The notes beneath the pieces were generated by a model, which saw only the letters and a program-made list of their open reading frames with translations, ran no database searches and was not told the DNA's origin. A stretch of DNA of 64,000 nucleotides from Gordius albopunctatus. Its lineage: Eukaryota. Of the stretch, positions 51,276 to 64,000 are shown one piece after another; the first letter of the stretch is position 1; each line of letters opens with the position of its first letter. The stretch lies in NCBI GenBank assembly GCA_964276515.1, contig OZ193909.1:5022001-5086000 (forward strand). The letters run 5' to 3'. Both the position numbers and the translations under genes were made by a program.

Positions 51276-54200
51276 CATTGACCACAATAAAAAGATCTAA
51301 AATAGCTTTATGGGGGATAAGTATCATTAGGCTGTTACAACATATCATCCATCATATGGTATTTTTCAAAAACGTTGTTTTAGAGTGATCAAATATTACA
51401 AATTTGTTCAGAAAATGCGTTGTTTTTTTGGTATAAGTATGTTTCTGAAAATATTGACAAACTAGTTTTAGTTGAAAACGGTCCTAAATAACAACCATAT
51501 ATGTTGGTTTGAACCTTGGCTATTTTTTTTTATTTATTAAAAAGTTTATTTGTTAAAAATCCGTCGACAGTAATATAATATAAATACATAAAATATAAAA
51601 GACAAAATGCGTCAAATAAAATAATACACTATTCTGATCATATATCATCATCGAGGGGATATTCCAAAATTGGCCAAGAATCCGCGAACGATTTAAAATT
51701 GTACTTGGCTATAAGAATACCAAGTCGTTGTTTAAGTAAAAAGGATACCGAATGTTTAGACGGGGGAGAACGTCTTCCTACCTCTTTAAAAAAGGCTAAG
51801 GCCTATAACACTTACATATTTAACCAACTCGATAAATTTAAAATATTGCTTCTTATACATAAAACATAATTACTTTTATATGAAAACAAAGAGGTGGACA
51901 CTCTCTAACTAAATGTCCGCCTCGACTGTAAAAAATGAAGATCGGACAAATCCGGCGATTAAACTTTTCTACCGAGCCTTGCTTCTAGGAAATATCAAAA
52001 TAAGAGTCAAATTTTGGGGCAAAGTAATTATAGCTCTTATTTTAATCTTATTTCTAACAATGATGTCTTTATTTAGTGGTAATTAAAACGAAATGTAATC
52101 AATTATAATGGGCTATCTAATCTAGTCGAGTGGGGGCCATTCGGCATTTCACCCTCCTCATAGACTTTGATATTTAAATTTTATTTAAAATTTACTGTAT
52201 TCTCATTTATGAATTTAGTTATTATACAAAATCTAATTTACAATTATAACATGTTTTATTGTTATTTTCTCATCACCGTTGTTATCCCCCCTAAACAATA
52301 TTCCTAGACAAATAACTTAGTCCATACGGTGCTAAAAACATGTAGTGGTATTTGTTGAAAATTGAAGTCATGTCAATAAATTAAGAGACAAGATTAAGGG
52401 CTTAAAATTTTCGTCATCTTAAAGCAATTGTTATATTTTCAATTTATATAAAATCCATTTGAACGTTAAATGAGGGTTATTTAACAAAAGCTCGGTTTAA
52501 AAATTATAACATAATAAAGTATTAAACAATAACACTTTTTTAATAGAGGATTTGTTAGATAGTTTTTTGATATCCAAAATGAAAGCTAAATTTTAGAGCA
52601 ATCTATGTTAGGTAAAAGTCAGGAATAATTATGAAAAGGTATATAGTGCGTGCTTTAAAAAATGTTCTTCCTCTTATAATTTAATACTTTTTGCCGATTT
52701 CTACATTTTTATGATGTCTAAGCCGCATTATAAATATATAATTGCTATGCAATTCTTTATATTAATATATATTTCGAATTTTTATGAATTTATTAATGAA
52801 TGTATTAAAGTATTGAGAAATGGTTCAAGGACAAAAATTAAATAAGAAAAATCGGCTTAGATAATAGAGAAAACATGGGAACTGTCATCTTATTTTTCAG
52901 CCAAGGTCACGCACTGATAACCAACCTTACCTCACCCGACATCATTTAACATTTTTGATAATTCAAAATACAGTAGCTAAATACATAATTTTAAAACGCT
53001 GCTGCGTTTAGCAAATTTTACGATCTAAATTTTGGTCATTTCAGGAGAGGTATAAATTTATATATGAGTCGAGTCCATCCAGGTTGAAATTTTAAATTAA
53101 TTTTTTGCTTTGGTTGGGCTCGCGTAAAAATTTTAAAAGGGTTCTTAAGTCGGGGTCGTTTCGGGTTGGGAAAAATTGACATTGAAGAACTGCATCATTA
53201 ACTATAAGTTTGCTCTTATTTCCTCTGGTTGACTTTTAGGCATAGGTGTAGCCTGGATGAATAGAGGAGCAATACACCAGATTTCAAACTAGTTGATTCA
53301 CGCTACAACCTGCCCCTAAACGCCGCGACAACATCGAAATGAGCTGGAAGCATCGGAGCTGTTTAAGGGCAATGCTAATCACTGCATGCACAATTTCCGC
53401 AATCGTCAATTATTTCAAAAACAACTCGATGTTAGAAAAGGAGAAAGAAGTTGCAGGCAAATACCATTCTTGGAGAAACACCGCACTTAGCAATAAGCAT
53501 CGATGTCACAGACTCTATCGAAAATCGGATATCATAAGACGGTAGAAAATAAAGTTATAAAATTGCAGGTATCTGATGTCTACCGCCTGAGGTTTAAAGA
53601 CGCTAATACAGCCAATCGTGAATGCGCCTTTCAAGCATAGTTATTCCTAGCGGAAAATGGATTCCAGCGAATCAACCTAATTTATCGGAGATAACATCCA
53701 CTCGTCAAAACATCTACGTTTACCAAATTTTTGACCTCCCGCAAACGTTATCTTCTGTATATGGCAAAATTTTGAATCATTTTCAATACTTATTGTAAAT
53801 CTACTCTTGGGTATATCACGAAATAACTTAATAAGTAACTTTGAAACATTCGTCATGCATTAATCCGCTTTTGTTAGTTGGATATCTGGTACGCTACTTT
53901 ATAGTGTCTATTAGAATTTTAATCGTGTATTTCGTCAATTTTATATTGCAATATATGGATGCCCTTTAAAACTAAATGATTGATCTAGAGTTTTACGTCA
54001 TAAGGCAAATAAATAAAAAAATTTAAAATTGGGTTGAAATTACAAATGTTAATTATTTTGAACACTAACTCACCATGCATGATCAAGTGACAGTTTATTA
54101 TTTCTTTACAAATTTCTGTCTTCTTCTTACTTGTAAATTTGTGCTTTCGGTTATTTGCTTTGATACGTTTCTTCCATCTTAATAGAGTAAGGGTGTAGGA

Positions 54201-54519
54201 TATTAAAATGCGAGTTGAGAATATAAATGTAGCAGATTGTCAACTCCAGGTGTTTTACCATTGGCATGATTTTCCGGAATCCATCGCTCCATCCAAATAT
54301 TGCGTCATTTTTATTGAATCAATAATCCTTCGCTCTACTAATTATAATCCATCATTATTATTCTGTATTCCGATATTTTAATCATTCGCTCTATCAATTA
54401 TAATCAACCATTATTCTTCAAATCCTTTTTACCAATTATTAACAATCATCGTTCTTTATTATTCCTTATCCGCGTGAATAAAATATAAGTTCTACTTTTC
54501 AGTGTAAACAAGGGCTCTT

Positions 54520-56400
54520 TTCGAATTTATCTTCTTAATTATCATAACATGTCCACTTGCCCCTTCCACCTAACAAAAGTTCGTCCTCTCCTCTCTTTCT
54601 TGGCACACCACCAACCAGTTTGGCCGATTTATTGTTATCAAGTTCGCCATAGGTTGAATTTTTTATCCTGAGACATTCATTCGTAGAGTTGTTAAATCGC
54701 TAACTTTCTTCAAACTCCAGACGCGAGCACGCACACTGAGTTGCTTAATATGCGCGTTAGCACAATATGTGCTCGCTGTTCGGTGCCTTGGGCAGAACAG
54801 CAGCATATAAAAATGCTCGAGGACCGAGCAGAAACTCGAGCAGATTGTGGCTGGAGTTGAAGAAAGTTAGCAATTTAACAACTCTATTCATTCGTCATAT
54901 GGTCGAGCTTAGTTTACCCCAAACTCCACCGTTGCACTCGCATTTCTATGGCTTGTTGTAACACCTTTTATTCCGTAGATTTTAATGAGCGTGTTTTTTT
55001 TCGTAAAGTAACACCGGATTTATAATGGATGCTTTGCTCTCAAACCATGGCATCCTTGTGGCACATTATACCGGGCATACTTTGTCATTTAGTCATACTT
55101 TTTGAATCTGTGCTTTGACTTCTTTATCTCCCTCTTGATGTTGAGCAGAGGTATGTTAAGCAGCCCTTTGGGTACTTTAATTGGTCATCTAGCGATATGG
55201 TGCTTGTAACGTTACTCTTCACGTGTACCGGTTTTCGATTGTTGAATTTTTTGACCACTTTTCGGCTTCTTGGAATACTTTCTTCTTTGCCTCTTCGTAG
55301 TTACTATATCATCGCCATCTAGCTTACACCTTTTGGATGTCTTTCGTTATCGTCATAAATATGTTGAAAAAAGGACTTAGAGCAGATTCTAAATATAATT
55401 CAATTTTAACCTTAAAAGGTTTAGAGTCTCCAACTGTCGTCCTAACGCACGAATTTGAGGCTTCATAAATATTTTTCATAAGCTTTACATATGCGTCAGG
55501 GATATTTTGTTTTCTCGTGTACCACCATATTAAATTGCGAAGGACTTTGCCATCAGCTTTCTCCAAGTCGATAAAGACCATGTGTAGATTTCTTTTCTTT
55601 TCCCCATATTTTTATCCTATCTCTTAGTGCGAAGATAGGGTTGATGGTGGATTAGCCAGCCACATATCCGAATTGATTAGCCGATATTTCCACCTCATTT
55701 TTTAGCCTAGGCATCTTTCCATAAGTTTCAAGAAATGGCAAGTTATTGATACCTCTTAATTGCCACACTTCTGAGGGTATCTTGGCCTTTGAATAACGGT
55801 ATAATTATGCTTGTTCTCAAATGATGGCCCTTCTTCAAAATCTTTGTTAAAGAGGTTCGTCATTGTCGTAACTCCATCTTTTGAGCCTACACATGTTTCC
55901 ATAGGAATTCCATCTGGGTCATTGGCTTTACATTTTTGCATCTTGTTCATTTGTGTCCTAACTTCATCTTATTTAAAGCATGTACAAAACATATTTTGGC
56001 TCATTTTCGGGAAGTGAATCTTTGTAATTTGCACAATTTATAAGTTTCCTAAAATATTCTTTCCATCACTTGTTTCAGGTTGAATAAGATTAATTTTCTG
56101 ACTATTTTAAGGACTTAGACATCGCGATTTCTCCTCTCCCTCATCTGGCTATTTTTATTATAAGCCTGTCGCCCACTTTATGATCCAGTATCTTTGCCTT
56201 CTCGATATACGCAGCATTCTTAACTATTGTAACGACCTTTTTCGCGACTCACCCTATATTCTTGATAACTCTCAGAATTTTTAGATTTTTTCCGCCGTCT
56301 AGGTAGAATTTTTTTAGATGAAATCTCTAACCGTTTGATCCCACCTCCATAATTCCCTAACCAAAGCTTTGCCTCCTTTCATCTGCCCTGACACATGTGT
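54520..56400 (-). mobile_element. Degenerate RTE LINE
   Basis: Minus-strand remnants MVFIDLEKA, DPDGIP, SALSPF homologous to 15440-17185. Confidence 0.8.
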
Positions 56401-57529
56401 CACCGTTTTCTATCAGTAAGCCTCTCTCATTCCTCGTTTGTGTTTCACTTCATTTTATGGTAGGTACAAGTGGAAGTGGAGTCTTTTTGGTGGTATTTAT
56501 CGCCTATCTATGTTTTGTTCAACAATTAATCAAATTCAAGATCAGAGATAATGTAAATCTCAATTTCAAAATTTTATTATTTTTGAGTGGGCCTCTAAAA
56601 CAGACCTGACGCCAGGACTTAGGGCCGTTGCTAGTAGTGTTAAATTTTTTTGTTTTTACAAATTTGGCAACTTTTTTTGGAAAAGTGTGCACTCTTTTCT
56701 GATTATAAAAACTTGTCTTTGCTTAACCACGATGGGTTATCTAATTAACTTGATTTTTGCCTCCCATGTTTACAATTAATCTCCTTTTTCCGCTGTTAAT
56801 TGAGATTTCTTTAAGATCAAAAGTTAAAATTTTTGAACAGAAAACTAATGATAATGATTAAATATAATATTACGAAAAATTTAAAAAAAAACTATATAAG
56901 TTAGGCAATTAGAGAATATTTTAAGCAAATGCAGATGACAAAAGACTTGGAAATTCGCAGTTTTTCTAAAATAAATATTAAAACTAGATGAAAGTGTTCG
57001 GCAAATAATTAAAGAAGTATTTTCTGAAGAGCGACGATTTATAATTTTCAAATTAACATCCCACCCCCTTTTTTTTGTTGTTTTTTTTACTACTAACATA
57101 CTAATCCATTTTTATATATACACTAGATGAACCCGGCAAACGTTGTTTTGCCATTTACCGGGTGTATTAAATTATGTTGGAATTTTAGGGCATATATGAT
57201 GATAAAGCGGTTATTGAAGTAAAAATAAAGTTTGATAATTTTTAAACGGTCCAAGGCCCAGGCCCACCCAAGAGAGAAAACCTGGCCCCATGCCCCCCCC
57301 CCCAAGGGAAAAATCTTTGGCGCCCTGGCCCTTCAAGCAATATTTTTAAATTTTTTGTAATTAAGAAACAATATCATAATTATTTCTTTCTGAATAAAAC
57401 TTTTAATTCTGAACTTAATAATGTCCGAAGAACTGAGATATATCAACATTTATTGGCACTTTGTTAAAAGTATTTGCATTTTTGCGCAAAAAATGACAAA
57501 ATTAGATTTTTCATTTATTTAGCCACCAC

Positions 57530-58812
57530 ACAAATGAGCAAGATGCAAAAAGGAGAAGCGAATAGCCCAGATGGACTACATGAACGCATTGCTCGGATGC
57601 CGTGAATAAGGAGTTACGACCATGACGGACCTCTTTGACAAGATATTGGTAGAAGAGCGAATTCCTAATCAATGGAGAGCAAGCACGATTATACCCTTAT
57701 TTAAGGGCAAAGGAAACCCTCAGGACTGTGTCAGCTACAGAGGTATCAAGCTAATATTCCACTACCTGAAGCTAATATAAAGGATCCTATTAACAACACT
57801 AAAAAATGAGGTGAAAATATCTGCTAACCAAATAGGATTGTGGCCGGCAAATCCACAATCGACCCAATCTTTGAATTATGAAAAATAATGGATAAATATG
57901 GTGAAAAGAGAAGAGACCTGCTGCATTTGGTCTTTATTGACTTGGAGAAAGCATCTGACAGAGTCCCTCGCGATTTAATATGCGGGTGCCTGAGAGGACA
58001 CAATATCCCTGACGCATATATACGGCTTCTCTTCTTCTTTATCAGTTATTTGGTCCCACATTGGTGGGGTTTGTTTTGATGAGTCTCTTCCATCTTGACC
58101 GGGTTAGTGCCATGTCTTGATTAATCTCTTTAGTTTCCATAACTTTATCGACTTGCCTTTTCCACGTGACACGGGGTCGTCCTCTTCCTCTCTTCCCCGG
58201 TATTTTCATGTCTAGCACTTTTCGATATACGGCTTATAAAATATATTTACGAAGCCTCAAATTCTGGCGTTAGGACGACAGTTGAAGACTCTAAACCTTT
58301 TCGGGCGAAAATTGGATTGCCAACAAAGATCAGTTTTGAATCCTTTTTCATTTATAATATAGTTATGGACACGATAACGAAAAACATTCAAAAGCCATCG
58401 CCATGGTGTATGCTGTGTGCCGATAATATAGTACTATGAGAAGAAATAAAGGAGAAAGTATTCGAAGAAGCCGAAAAGTGGTCAAAGCGCTCAGCTGGAT
58501 ATGGTTTAAAGGTCAACGATAGAAAAATGATATGCATGGAAATTAACGGTACAGGCAGCCTATCGCTGGATGACCATCTAAAGTACCCCAAAAGTAGACA
58601 GTTTTACGTACCTCGGCTCGATGCTACATTAAGAGGGGGGTTGCGCAACAGAAGTCAATGCCCGGATCCAAAAATGATGCTTAAATGGCGAAGTATATCC
58701 GGTGTTTTGTGTGACAAGAAATGCCTATGTTTGAAGAGCAAAGCATACAAATCCATCTTAAGACCGGTGTTACTCTATGGAAGCGAAACAAGGACATTAA
58801 ACACAACGGAAG
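57530..58812 (+). mobile_element. Degenerate RTE LINE RT region, 3'-truncated
   Basis: VFIDLEKA, VLLYGSET; homologous to 15730-16800. Confidence 0.85.
58029..58224 (-). mobile_element. Young RTE 3' fragment inserted antisense into an older RTE copy
   Basis: Close match to the reverse complement of ~16988-17185; flanked by direct repeat ATATACGGCTT (58018-58028 and 58225-58235). Confidence 0.88.
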
Positions 58813-59343
58813 AAAATATAAAAAAATTTAATTAGCCATAAAAACGGCAATTATGACAATTGTCACCGAGATAAGTTGACAAATTTAAGTTTTATGTTTT
58901 AAATAATTTTATGACACCTTTACCTGCAAATGCAAGTTAACGTTTAAAATATTTCATTAGCTCTAAAAGTGACAATTATGAATTGTCACCAACCATGGTG
59001 AAAAAAAACAAAAGAAATTATTTTTATTTATTTTATAACCATTAATCGATTAATAAATTATTTAGAAAATATTGATTATCATTTGTGGGTATATTATTGA
59101 AATTGGTATAATTAGCATTCTATACCAGCTGCCTACTTGTAAGCTATGATTAAGTTTGTTAAAAACCATGTTTAGTATCAAACAACCCTGCTCGATACTA
59201 GGTTTGTTTCAAGCCACTCTGCCAAATACCAGGTTAGTTAGTATTTAACCCAACCAGCAACTGAGCTGCTTTAATAGGCCAGTGCTTTTAACCGGGTTAT
59301 TTATAGCATGTGCGTGCTATGCTTGATTGAAATGGGCGAGATG

Positions 59344-60288
59344 TAGGGGAGACCAGGGCCTAAATAGACATAAAAAATTAAGCCACTTTAAAAAAAAATA
59401 ATCAAGATTTTTATAATTTTTTTATTGGAATACATTTTTATAGTCTATTTCTATTATAGGAAAGAAAATTGACAAAAAAGAGCGTATAGTTTTTTTTATA
59501 AATTGAGTTCAAAAAAATCAAAAATCCTAGAAATTTTAAAAGTGCCCGGGGTTAGTTATAGCTCTGTTCAGGGGATAGATTAGCCCTGACGTTTTAACTT
59601 CTTAATAGTCTATGCTAACTTGAATCAATAAAAATATTGTTACATTATATAAAACATAGAAAATTTAAATGTAATATGATTGAATTTTATATAATAAAAA
59701 TAAAAAAAGGGTCAAGATGGCAATCTGACTCAAGTACACCTAAAAGACATATTCTGCTATGTAAAAAAAACTTTTAGTCGTTTTTTTAAGTATAACCATA
59801 GTCTATTTCTATTCCTAATTACACTAAGTTGAATTATAAACAAGATTTTTGTTTTTTAAATTTTTTCATTTGTAAGGCCCAATGAAAAATGGCTATAACT
59901 AGCCCCTCTCTGACTAGCCCCGACCCCTATTTTTATGAACAATTAATAATTCAACATGTTATATTGCGAATAAAAATTTAATCATTAGGCGGTTTTTATA
60001 TAAAAAATATCCCTTTTAAGATAAAACTTAAATTAGTCCAAAATATAGAGCCAAAAAAATTTTATGTGCAAAATACAAAATTTTGTCAAGGCTACTAATA
60101 GCCCCGAAAAATCGTTTTTCATCCATGAAAATTTTAAATTTTATTTTTTCTAAACAAAAAATTTTTACTTATACCTTATGAAAACATACGGATATGGTTT
60201 AAATTTTAATAATATGTCATTATTATTTTTAAAAATAATTACAAAGATAATAGTAAACCCGGGCTACGACTAGCCCCGGTCTCTCCTA
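59344..60288 (-). mobile_element. TA-flanked MITE, full length
   Basis: TAGGGGAGACCAGGGC ... GCCCCGGTCTCTCCTA termini; inverted near-copy of 30480-31426. Confidence 0.85.
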
Positions 60289-60344
60289 TGCTTCCACCAT
60301 AGGTTATGGTTTAGCATTTAAGCATATTAACATCACTAATTACA

Positions 60345-60814
60345 GCTCAACCATATGACGAATGACTTTCTCATGACAATAATAGGTTCTCAACCGATGG
60401 CATGACGAACATGATTAAATAAAATCGGCTAAGGTGGTATGGACATATACTAAGAAGGAAGTCGAATAAATCGAAAAGTACTGACATGGAGGTACATGGG
60501 AAGAGAGGAAGAGGACGACCTCGGGTCAATCATTTTTTTTACAGCCTACTTACACACGTTATCACTAACGTGGCCTGATGCGCCATTTGGCGTTAGAAGG
60601 GGCTCAACCTTAGATTGCACTAACTAAGCTCTTGGGCGTCTTCGCGGCAAACTTACTTACTTACTTACTTACGACCTCGGGTCACGTGGAAAGAGCAAGT
60701 CGATATGAAAACAAAAGAGATTAGTCAAGACATGGCACTTACCCGGTCAAGATACAAGAAACTTATAAAAACAAACCCCACGACTGTGGGACTAAATAAC
60801 TGATAAAGAAGAAG
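60345..60814 (+). mobile_element. RTE LINE 3' fragment interrupted by a 142-bp insertion
   Basis: Homologous to 16860-17185 with TGATAAAGAAGAAG tail. Confidence 0.8.
60529..60670. mobile_element. Short retroposed insertion (SINE-like or other LINE end) with (CTTA)n tract
   Basis: Flanked by 14-bp direct repeat ACGACCTCGGGTCA (60515-60528 and 60671-60684); T-run at one end and (CTTA)n at the other. Confidence 0.6.
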
Positions 60815-60834
60815 TATCATATATATATATATAT

Positions 60835-63321
60835 AACTCGGGCCTTCGGCCCTCGTGGGAAGGGGGAAGGGGAGGAGGGGAGGGAAGGGGGAACTCATCT
60901 ACACTCCGTATAAATTTATCATATCTGCTATGCAATTTATGGGCGAGAAAGGTGGGAAGGGGTGAGAATGCCTATAGGCGGGGGGGGGGGTATTAAATGT
61001 AAAATAATAAGTTAATTATTAATACAAATTTTCGATTTAATTAAAAAAAATTGCCTTCTCCGGGAAGCCCCTCTCCGACTAGCCCCGACCCCTATTTTAA
61101 TAAACAATTAATAATGTAGATAAATGAAAGACAAAACCTAATTTTATGCAAGAACACAAAAAAACAAAATATAGTAATCTTTAAAATAAATAATTGAATG
61201 TGTAAAAATGTATATGAAAGAATATTAATGTTTAAAACCTAAACACTAGCACATGCAAAAAACAATCATGAACAAAATATCACATTTGAGAATAAATAAA
61301 AATATTACATTAGTTTTTATGGCCTCTAGTGATTATGGGTCTAACAAACATTATATTATAAAACACCACAATGTTAAGAATTTGCAGAATTGTTGGGAGA
61401 AATTTTTTGTTGAATTTGAACAATTTTTAATTAAAAAAATCAAAAATTTGGCCAATGGTCATTTCTTCTGCATTGGTCAGTACCAACAGATACTCTATAA
61501 GTCAATGATAGCCAAAAAAACGGAAAAAAAATTTTGATGCTCACTTTGGCCAATGGTTATTTTTTCCCATTGGTCAGCAGCCAGCACACGGTAAAAGTGG
61601 ATATAAATTCATAAGAGTAAAAAAAACGAAAAAAAAATTTTCGAATCACATTTTGGCCAAAGGTCATTTTTTTCCATTGGTCAGCAGCCAGGACACGGTA
61701 AAAGTGGATATAAATTCATAATAGTCAAAAAAACGAAAAAAAAGTTTTCGAATCACATTTTGGCCAATGGTTATTTTATTCCATTGGTCAGCAGCCAGCG
61801 GACGGCCAAAAAGTCATAATAGCAATGGTAGGAACAGGAACAATCATAATAGTCAAAAAAAACGGAAAAAATAATTTCGATTCACATTTTGGCCAATGGT
61901 CATTTTTTTCCATTGGTCAGCAGCCAGGACACGGTAAAAGTGGATATAAATTCATAACAGTCAAAAAAAAACGAAAAAAAAATTTTCGAATCACATTTTG
62001 GCCAATGGTCATTTTATTCCATTGGTCAGCAGCCAGCGGACGGCCAAAAAGTCATAATAGCAATGGTAGGAACAGGAACAATCATAATAGTAAAAAAAAA
62101 CGAAAAAAATATTTTCGATTCACATTTTGGCCAATGGTCATTTTTTCCATCGGTCAGGAGCCAGCGGACGGCCAAAAAGTCATAATAGCAATGGTAGGAA
62201 CAGGAACAATCATAATAGTCAAAAAAAACGAAAAAATAAACTCGGATACACATTTTGGCCAATGGTCATTTTTTTCATTGGTCAGCAGCCAGCGGACGGC
62301 CAAAAAGTCTTATTATCAATGATAGTAACAAGAACAATCATAAGAGTCAAAAAAAACTCCGGGATTCTAACCCAAAAACTAGATAAATTGCATAGCAATT
62401 ATTAAAAAGTATAGAGGCATAGGCCCTTGTAAGGGAGGGCATAGGGTAATTATCAATGTTAACCTATTCAAAAAGGAAAAACGAAAAATTAGGATTTATT
62501 TGGCCAATGTTCATTTTTTCATTGGTCAGTAGCCAGCGGACGGTCAAAAAGTCATATTATCAATGGTATTAACAAGAACAAAATATTAAATTAATTAAAA
62601 AAATAAAAATTTTGCCCTCTCCGGGATTCGAACTTACATTAAATAGAGGCATAAGCCTTTGGAGGGGAACAGGGAACCATATAAATAGAGCCATAGGCCC
62701 TTGTAGGGGAGGGCATAGGGTAATTATCAATGTTAAACTATTCAAAAACGAAAAATTAAAAATTTCGATTTATCTGGCCAGTGGTCATTTTTTCATTGGT
62801 CAGTAGCCTGCGGACGGTCAAAAATTCATATTATCAATGGTATTAACAAGAACAATATATTAATTTAATTTAAAAAAAAATAAAAATTTTTGTCCTCTCC
62901 GGGTCTCGAACCATCAATTTAGAACGTTCGCCGGGATTCAAACCCACATTAAATAGAGGCATAAGCCTTTGGAGGGGAACAGGGAACCATATAAATAGAG
63001 CCATAGGCCCTTGTAGGGGAGGGCATAGGGTAATTATCAATGTTAAACTATTCAAAAACGAAAAATTAAAAATTTCGATTTATCTGGCCAGTGGTCATTT
63101 TTTCATTGGTCAGTAGCCTGCGGACGGTCAAAAATTCATATTATCAATGGTATTAACAAGAACAATATATTAATTTAATTTAAAAAAAATAAAAATTTTT
63201 GTCCTCTCCGGGTCTCGAACCCGCAACCTCCAGGTCGGGAAGCTGGTGTAAATAACTTGGTGGACGACGGACGGACGGACGACGGACAACCAAAAACGAG
63301 CCCATAAATTGCATAGAAATT
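60835..63321 (-). mobile_element. DINE-1/Helentron-like element, second long copy with expanded arrays
   Basis: Inverted near-copy of 23383-25554: stem-loop at ~60840, subTIRs at ~60926 and ~63301, monomer array ~61450-62330, extra ~310-bp duplication at ~62620-63220. Confidence 0.82.
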
Positions 63322-64000
63322 AATATTTACCAACGCCTCTGTGAAATATTCGAGATTCGATTTAAATTCGAATTTACCGAAATTTCGAACCGAATCCAAA
63401 TTATCCTTATGTGGAAGTTTCTTGCTGAAATTTGAAATCCATCGAATCTTTAAAAAAGGATTCGAAAAATTATTTCGAATATAATTAACAGTTTTTATCT
63501 TTCCTTATATTAATTATTTTCCCCAATCATTAATTTTAAATTTTATAAACAGACATAAATATATATTCGAAAATTGTTTTTACATATAATATGGGCCTAA
63601 ACTTCCAAAAAAATTCCATTAAATTTTCTAGCATTTTCGGTCAATCCTAATTTTATGTTTAATATTATTTTTGATAACCATCAAATTTTAACAAATATTA
63701 TTAAACTATAAATAATATATTTTTATATGCATTACCCTTGCATGCCGTGATCTTATTTATGTACATAACATTATAGATTTATATTTAAACAAGATAATAA
63801 CCCGTTGTACGAGCAACTCAAACCATCAATTCAAAAGGATTGGGATGCTTGTTTGGTTTCGCGCTCCGTTGCTCACCTATTTACGAGCAGCGATACCAAA
63901 CAACATTACAACATTCGGTCATTGGTGTTTGATAAATGTGGCCACGAATGGCTTGAGGCTTACCCCAGTAAGTATTCAAACATGATGTTGGAGGACTCCG

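Noticed and set aside
53339..53545. GC-richer 68-aa ORF, possible exon
   Set aside because: No recognisable motif and no partner exons found.
1..64000. Species assignment (composition and tiny introns suggested a nematomorph-like worm, which would invite a host-manipulation reading of the insulin cluster)
   Set aside because: Not demonstrable from this sequence; needs BLAST of the NRK and ImpL2 proteins.

Overview
Very AT-rich, intron-containing eukaryotic (invertebrate, probably ecdysozoan) genomic DNA; the species cannot be fixed from the sequence. Four host genes can be rebuilt exon by exon. (1) A nicotinamide riboside kinase on the minus strand (8573-9476), with four introns of only 33-37 nt. 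(2) An ImpL2/ZIG-type two-Ig-domain insulin-binding protein on the plus strand (about 28932-31781). (3, 4) A tandem pair of two-exon insulin-superfamily genes on the plus strand (41273-42752 and 45099-45855). The most striking signal is that both insulin-like precursors carry a predicted amidated octapeptide, FTLHNM(G/E)F-GKR, directly after the signal peptide. It is conserved at the protein level (6 synonymous changes, 1 replacement) while the rest of the two precursors has diverged. The pair lies about 9.5 kb downstream of a likely binding protein whose first Ig domain has an ~89-aa loop containing RKRR. The rest of the window is mostly transposon-derived: about eight RTE LINE copies or fragments, a Sola2-like DNA transposon interrupted by an 875-bp palindromic hAT MITE, DINE-1/Helentron-like elements with internal satellite arrays, Helitron and pogo/hAT MITEs, and a DIRS-like Gag-RT element with hepadnavirus-like RT motifs that is split by a nested hAT plus Helentron insertion.
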